Source: an uncultured delta proteobacterium (lineage in GTDB: Bacteria; Desulfobacterota; Desulfobacteria; Desulfobacterales; JAFDCJ01). Taken from it: DNA of 64,000 bases. Numbering within the stretch: the stretch's first letter is position 1; every line of letters starts with the position of its first letter. Below are positions 58,894 through 64,000 of the stretch, one piece after another. Location: assembly GCA_963769935.1 (NCBI GenBank), contig CAVYNY010000011.1, positions 32,001 through 96,000 on the forward strand, given 5' to 3'. A program made the translations under genes and the position numbers. The notes below the pieces were generated by a model that worked only from the letters and a program-made list of their open reading frames with translations, was not told where the DNA came from and ran no database searches.

Positions 58894-60156
58894 TTATTTT
58901 AAGAGCGCCAGACTCAGCCACGGCAGGTAGGTGATGATGGCCAGGGCGAGCAGCAGGATGGCGATGAAGGGCAGTGAAGCGACGTAAAGGCGCAGCACCG
59001 GCCTTTCAAACCGCATGCTGGCAATGAATAGGTTAATGCCCAGAGGCGGAATGGAGGCGCCGATTTCCAAATTGGCCAGAAATATGATTCCCAGATGTAC
59101 GGGGTTGATGCCATAGGCCTGGGCAATCGGCGTGAGAAGGGGGACAACCACCACCAGGGCCGAAAATATCCCCATGGTGCATCCAACAGCCAGAAGAAAG
59201 ATATTGAGCACCACCAGGAAAAGAAGGCGGCTTTCGATGTGAGCTTTGAAAAAATCCAGCAGCCGCATGGGAATTTCGGCATCGATCAAATAATTGGTAA
59301 GGCCCATGGCGGCACCCAGGATGATCAGCACCCCCCCTACCAGAACCATGCTTTTTTTCATGATTTCGGGCAGATCCTGCCAACGGACATCCCGGTTAAT
59401 GACCACCTCCACCAATAGTACATAAACTGCCGTAATGGCGGCGGCCTCGCTGACGGCAAAGTAGCCGCTGTAAATTCCTCCTAAAACAACAACCGGCAGG
59501 GGAAGTTCCCATACTGCGTCTCTGACGGCCTTGATGAGTTCATTGAACTGAAATTTAGTTTTGGGAACATCCTCCCTGACCGATTTAGAGATACAAAAAA
59601 ACGCGAGCAGGACAACCAGCAACACCCCGGGCAGGATCCCGGCGACAAAAAGTTGGTCGATTCTGACCTTGGCCACGATGGCATACACAATCAGCGGCAG
59701 GCTCGGGGGAAAAAGGAGGCCCAGGGTCCCGGAGGTGGTGAGCAAGCCCAGGGAAAACCGCTCCGAATATCGCGCTTGCGTCATAGCCGGCAGCAAAATT
59801 CCTCCCAGAGCGATAATGGTAAGTCCGGTGGCGCCGGTCAGAGCGGTGAAAATCGCACAGGTTACCAGGGCGATGATCGACAGGCCGCCGGGCAGCCGGC
59901 CCAAAAGTGCGTTTGACAACCGGATGAGCCGTCGCGGTGCCCCGCTTTCAGAGAGCAGATACCCGGCAAATGTAAATAGCGGTATAGCCACCAGCACCGG
60001 TGTGGTCGCCATGCGATGCATTTCGATAATGATGGCGGAAATGTCGATCTGGCTGGAGAAAAACAGATAAAGCGTCAGGCCGGCGATGACCACAAAGATA
60101 GGGACTCCGATCAGCAAAAGAACGACAAAAAACAGAACGATCAACAATGTGGTCAT
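58894..60156 (-). CDS. dctM: TRAP transporter large permease
   Basis: AIPLF, GLLFPPSLP, GINPVHLG, PPLGINLF. Confidence 0.94.
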   Translation of the reverse strand: MTTLLIVLFFVVLLLIGVPIFVVIAGLTLYLFFSSQIDISAIIIEMHRMATTPVLVAIPLFTFAGYLLSESGAPRRLIRLSNALLGRLPGGLSIIALVTCAIFTALTGATGLTIIALGGILLPAMTQARYSERFSLGLLTTSGTLGLLFPPSLPLIVYAIVAKVRIDQLFVAGILPGVLLVVLLAFFCISKSVREDVPKTKFQFNELIKAVRDAVWELPLPVVVLGGIYSGYFAVSEAAAITAVYVLLVEVVINRDVRWQDLPEIMKKSMVLVGGVLIILGAAMGLTNYLIDAEIPMRLLDFFKAHIESRLLFLVVLNIFLLAVGCTMGIFSALVVVVPLLTPIAQAYGINPVHLGIIFLANLEIGASIPPLGINLFIASMRFERPVLRLYVASLPFIAILLLALAIITYLPWLSLALLK

Positions 60157-60173
60157 AATCGTTTAAGCTGGTG

Positions 60174-60653
60174 TCATTTTTGGGTTCTCCGCTCCCTCAA
60201 CAGGCAAAGCGCATACCGCAGGGTCATTATTCCAAAGGTTACGGGTATAATCAGCTCGGGCATCCATACCGGAAGTCCCATAAAAGCGGTGGTTCCCATC
60301 TGGGCTTCAAACATAGTGAATTTTATGCCGGCCCAGGTCAACAAGCCGCAGACAACGGCGGAAATAAGATGCGAGATTGACTGGATGATACGGCTACCCG
60401 CTCCGCTGATCCAGCGTGAGAGGATATCCATTGTGATGTGTTTGTCTTCTCTGACGGCAAGGGCCGCACCGATAAATCCGACCCAGACCACCAGGTAGCG
60501 GACGAGTGAATCGCTCCAGTCGATTCCGGTGGCAAAAAAGTTGCGGAGCACGATTTGCAGGAAAGCCAGCAGGATCATCACCGTCAGCAACGCGGCAATC
60601 AGTACCTTTTCCACCCGGCTGATTTTTTCATCCAAAAGATACAAGAAATTCAA
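60174..60653 (-). CDS. dctQ: TRAP transporter small permease
   Basis: 4 TM; QIVLRN, W..FIGA..A....HI..D. Confidence 0.92.
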   Translation of the reverse strand: MNFLYLLDEKISRVEKVLIAALLTVMILLAFLQIVLRNFFATGIDWSDSLVRYLVVWVGFIGAALAVREDKHITMDILSRWISGAGSRIIQSISHLISAVVCGLLTWAGIKFTMFEAQMGTTAFMGLPVWMPELIIPVTFGIMTLRYALCLLRERRTQK

Positions 60654-60672
60654 GACATACCCCGCGCCTTAT

Positions 60673-60801
60673 AATTGAATATTGAAGATTGCAGATTGAA
60701 TATTTGAGGATTGCTGTCGTTTTTAGCCCTTTACCAGGCAGGTTAAAAAATTAAAAAGATAGAATTCCATAAATATTCAATTATCAATATACAATATTCA
60801 A
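60673..60801. repeat. Family B hairpin between dctP and dctQ
   Basis: aattgaatattgaagattgcagattgaatatt..gatagaatt..aatattcaattatcaatatacaatattcaat. Confidence 0.8.
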
Positions 60802-61820
60802 TTCTTTTGCTTCCGATATTCCTGCAAATAGGCAATAACTTCATCCCTTACTTTTTCCGAGAAGCTTTTCCCGGTCTGACTATTCATGGCTTTTTGGGCC
60901 ACCAGTTTAAATTCTTCGATTTGATCCGCAGATGGCCGGATGATTTTGACGCCGTGTTTGACCATTACCTGGATAGCGTCCTGATTTTCTTTGCGGATCG
61001 CAAGCTTTAACTGATCCATATATTTTGGACACAGTTCCAGGAACACCTGCTGGTGCGCAGGAGACAATTTTTCAAACGCACTTTTTTTCAGCAGGATGCC
61101 GCCGACCAGATAAAGCAAAGGCACATCGGTCATGTATTTGGTCTTGGTGAACCACTGCAAAGCAATCGCTCCGGTCGGCGGAGCGTACACTACATCCACC
61201 AGGCCGGTTTGCAGACCCACCAGAACATCGGGCAACGAAAGCGGTATCGCAGAAATCCCCGCCGCATCAAAAATGGCCTTGGCCATCGGGGCATCCTCCC
61301 ATGTCCAGACCTTTGCTTTTCTGAGATCATCCAAAGAGGCGATGGGAACAGTTGACATCAACCGCACAAACCCGCCTTCGGACCAGGCCGCTAGAATATA
61401 GCCTTTGTCGGCAAAACCCTTTTTGAAAAAAGCGTCCATTTTGCCCAAAACAAAATCGACCTCATCGTAGGATTTAAAAAAAAACGGGATTTGAAATACG
61501 TCCATCTCGCTGAATATGCCTGACAGTCCCGCGGAAGTCAGCGCTGCTCCCTGAATCTGGCCAATATACAGTTTGCGGACCATATCATTTTCATCCCCTA
61601 AAACCCCCCCGGGATAGATCCGCAACTGCACCTCGTTGTCGGTCTTTTTTTTCAATTCGGCATTCAAGTCTTCGAATGTTTGCATCCAGACGCTTCCCTC
61701 AGGCGCCAGGGTGGCAATCTTTAATATGGTGGCGGCTGAAACCGCACTGTTTGGTGAAACCAAAAGAAGCACTGCCAGGAAACCAACCCCAAGCGCTTTT
61801 ATCACGTTCGGTCTGCTCAT
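60798..61820 (-). CDS. dctP: TRAP substrate-binding protein (TatP/DctP)
   Basis: KIATLAPEGS.W, YPGGVLGDE, LQTGLVD. Confidence 0.92.
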   Translation of the reverse strand: MSRPNVIKALGVGFLAVLLLVSPNSAVSAATILKIATLAPEGSVWMQTFEDLNAELKKKTDNEVQLRIYPGGVLGDENDMVRKLYIGQIQGAALTSAGLSGIFSEMDVFQIPFFFKSYDEVDFVLGKMDAFFKKGFADKGYILAAWSEGGFVRLMSTVPIASLDDLRKAKVWTWEDAPMAKAIFDAAGISAIPLSLPDVLVGLQTGLVDVVYAPPTGAIALQWFTKTKYMTDVPLLYLVGGILLKKSAFEKLSPAHQQVFLELCPKYMDQLKLAIRKENQDAIQVMVKHGVKIIRPSADQIEEFKLVAQKAMNSQTGKSFSEKVRDEVIAYLQEYRKQKN

Positions 61821-61899
61821 CTGGAATTCTCCTGATTAATCCGCCCTTAAAAATATCATATCCAAGGCTTTATACGGTTGTTTGTAAGTGGACTGAGAA

Positions 61900-62778
61900 T
61901 TAAAAATATTCGTCGACATTGTCTAACAATTTTTGGGCTTTGTTGTGCGCGACGGTATTCAGCAAAGTCAGGTCCGGTTCGATATCTGCCGGAGTGTCAA
62001 GAACCGCCTGCAGCGTGGAAATAAAAAGCTTCCTGTCAAAGGCTTTTCTGGCATAGTAATCGGCGTAATAAACGCGGCTCATTAAAAATTTGCCTTTTCC
62101 CAGTTCAATGGCTTTTAAGAAATGATTTTGGGCTTTATTCAAATCCCCGCCGGCAATTTTGGGCCGGGAGGCTTCCAATACGCCCATGAAGATGTGTGCT
62201 CCCCCGTAGTAGAATCCTTCATCCAGCTCTAAAACTCGTTTCATCATCAATTCCACCCGCGGAAGTTCCGCCAAGGCCTCCATGGAACGCTGGTTGAGTG
62301 ATATCCAGTTTCCCCAGCAGGAGGCCGCCCAGAATATATAAGGAACATCATTTTTGCCCAGGGCTTGCAGGGTCTTTTCAAAGTTGTCGAAATCCGAGGC
62401 AACCGGATTTTTAATGCCGATCTGCCGCAGGGCGCTCAGGGCGTAGTTTCTGGCTTTGGCATACAGTTCACGGGCGTATTCCTGGTTCTCCTCCTGGACA
62501 AAGGCCGATGCGAAAGAAGCATAGGCCTGGGCAGCGGTAATGAGCAGCCTTTCATTGTCCGGCACGGCTTCCACCATGCCGCCAATCAGCATTAAATAGG
62601 CCGGCATACCTTCACGGATAAGCCTCAAATCGGATTGACGGTAAGCTGATCGGGCGACATCATCCAACAAAGAGGCGGTGGCCCCAACGGTCATGGTTTT
62701 GCTGGTGGCACAGGACATCGGGAGGCAGATCAGAAGTAGAAGCAACAGGTTATACTTGAAAAAACGCCCAATTATCAT
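61900..62778 (-). CDS. tatT: TRAP T-component (TatT) lipoprotein
   Basis: Lipobox LPMSC; D..L.REG.PA, LDEGFYYG, GGD..KA..HF..A; upstream of dctPQM. Confidence 0.85.
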   Translation of the reverse strand: MIIGRFFKYNLLLLLLICLPMSCATSKTMTVGATASLLDDVARSAYRQSDLRLIREGMPAYLMLIGGMVEAVPDNERLLITAAQAYASFASAFVQEENQEYARELYAKARNYALSALRQIGIKNPVASDFDNFEKTLQALGKNDVPYIFWAASCWGNWISLNQRSMEALAELPRVELMMKRVLELDEGFYYGGAHIFMGVLEASRPKIAGGDLNKAQNHFLKAIELGKGKFLMSRVYYADYYARKAFDRKLFISTLQAVLDTPADIEPDLTLLNTVAHNKAQKLLDNVDEYF

Positions 62779-63184
62779 TGGTTAATCCTCGACCGTTGTT
62801 ATGCTGCAAATATAGTGGAGCGATGTTTGTGCGTCAAGAGTCATTCAGCAGATAATTTCCCGGCAACATGTTTTCGCGTGCAGGAATCAAACTCCAAGGA
62901 CTAAAAAAAAATTGACATTCAGGCCACATTCTAAGACAGAAGCTTTTGTGTGAAAAAGATGTCAGCCAGCCGGACTTTTTTGAATCCAAATGGTTATTTT
63001 GACATTATGCCATCTTTATCTTATACTGCAAGTCGATATATGTCGATAACTACAGGTTCAGGGGTTTGGGGCTGCGACCCCACACGCAAGGTCTGGGTTC
63101 TGGCTGAGGGTTCAAAGTGAAGCTTGCAAAATTTAACATAATGAATTCTGAGTCCGGGAACATCCAACTCGGGGAGGATAATTT

Positions 63185-64000
63185 ATGCACTGTGGATATA
63201 CGGGTAAGATATTGCATGTCGATTTGACAAATCGCAGCATCGAGATCGAAGAACAGGATGAAGCATTTTACCGAAGCTACCTGGGAGGCCGGGGAATCGG
63301 CTATCACTACTTGATGAAAATGGTTCCCCCCGGCACAGACGCTTTGGCTGCGGACAATATTCTGGTTCTGGCTACCGGTGTGATGACGGGCTCTCCGCTG
63401 GCCGCCTCCTGCCGTTTTGCAGCCGTAGGAAAATCCCCGCTTACCGGCACAGCGGGTGAGTCCGAGGCCGCCGGGTTTTTCGGCCCCGAGCTCAAGAAGG
63501 CCGGATTTGATGCCGTGGTCCTGAAAGGGCGAGCGGATACCCCGGTATACCTCTGGGTTAATGATGATAAAGCCGAAATCAAAGATGCAACGCAGATATG
63601 GCAGCTTGGCGCCAAAGAAGTGGAGGACGCCATCCGCGCAGAGCTGGGCAGCGGCAAGATCCGGGTGGCCCAGACCGGGCTTGGCGGCATGAATCTGGTG
63701 CGTTATGCAAATATTACCAACAACCTCGGCCATTTCAACGGCCGCGGCGGTTTCGGCGCGCTGATGGGGTCAAAAAACCTGCGGGCGGTGGCCGCCCTGG
63801 GATCAAACAAAATTAATTTTTTCGATCCCGAATTCCTGAATCAAACGGCCAAAGATTATGCCAAAACCTATCGTGACAATCCGCTGGGAGAAGCGCTGTA
63901 TGTTTACGGCACCACTGCTTTTGCCGAGCTGTTATCCAACGGGGGCGCATTGCCGGTGAACAATTTCCGGCGCAGTGCCCTCGACGATGCCGCGCCGGTC
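63185..64000 (+). CDS. Aldehyde:ferredoxin oxidoreductase family (tungsten-type), 3' truncated by window
   Basis: MHCGYTGKILHVDLT, YLGGRG, KSPLTG..GES.A.G.FG.ELK.AG.D, GRGGFGALMGSKNLRAV; SD GGGGAGG; absent from ORF track because there is no stop. Confidence 0.92.
   Translation, partial: MHCGYTGKILHVDLTNRSIEIEEQDEAFYRSYLGGRGIGYHYLMKMVPPGTDALAADNILVLATGVMTGSPLAASCRFAAVGKSPLTGTAGESEAAGFFGPELKKAGFDAVVLKGRADTPVYLWVNDDKAEIKDATQIWQLGAKEVEDAIRAELGSGKIRVAQTGLGGMNLVRYANITNNLGHFNGRGGFGALMGSKNLRAVAALGSNKINFFDPEFLNQTAKDYAKTYRDNPLGEALYVYGTTAFAELLSNGGALPVNNFRRSALDDAAPV

Overview
A 64-kb gene-dense chromosomal window, probably from an anaerobic deltaproteobacterium (Desulfobacterales-like). The taxon is inferred from gene content and intergenic repeat style, not from a marker gene. 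It holds a metY-metX-metW-MOSC operon, larE, a LysM/lytic transglycosylase, a phd-vapC toxin-antitoxin pair, a peptide ABC system (dppBCDF with two intact or frameshifted SBP genes and one collapsed SBP relic), ppiA/flavoprotein/fabV/iadA, polX with an archaeal-like endonuclease IV, a FAD-oxidoreductase-EtfBA module, an ALDH plus sugar ABC transporter, an acyl-CoA ligase, an amidase, a VWA-triple-OmpA protein, a TPAT-type TRAP transporter and the 5' part of an aldehyde:ferredoxin oxidoreductase. Five things the ORF track does not show: (1) a selenocysteine MsrA (GUFWG with a SECIS-like hairpin) carrying a lipoprotein-like N-terminus; (2) a Met-rich 57-codon leader ORF with strand-specific alternative RNA pairings upstream of the met operon, a candidate methionine-sensing attenuator; (3) many intergenic inverted tandem-repeat hairpins with 7-9-nt units, several ending in a shared TCCGG-N5-CCGGGTTAGG-like motif; (4) several gene relics; (5) four single-base frameshifts that look like sequencing errors. 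No rRNA, tRNA, CRISPR array or intact transposase was seen.
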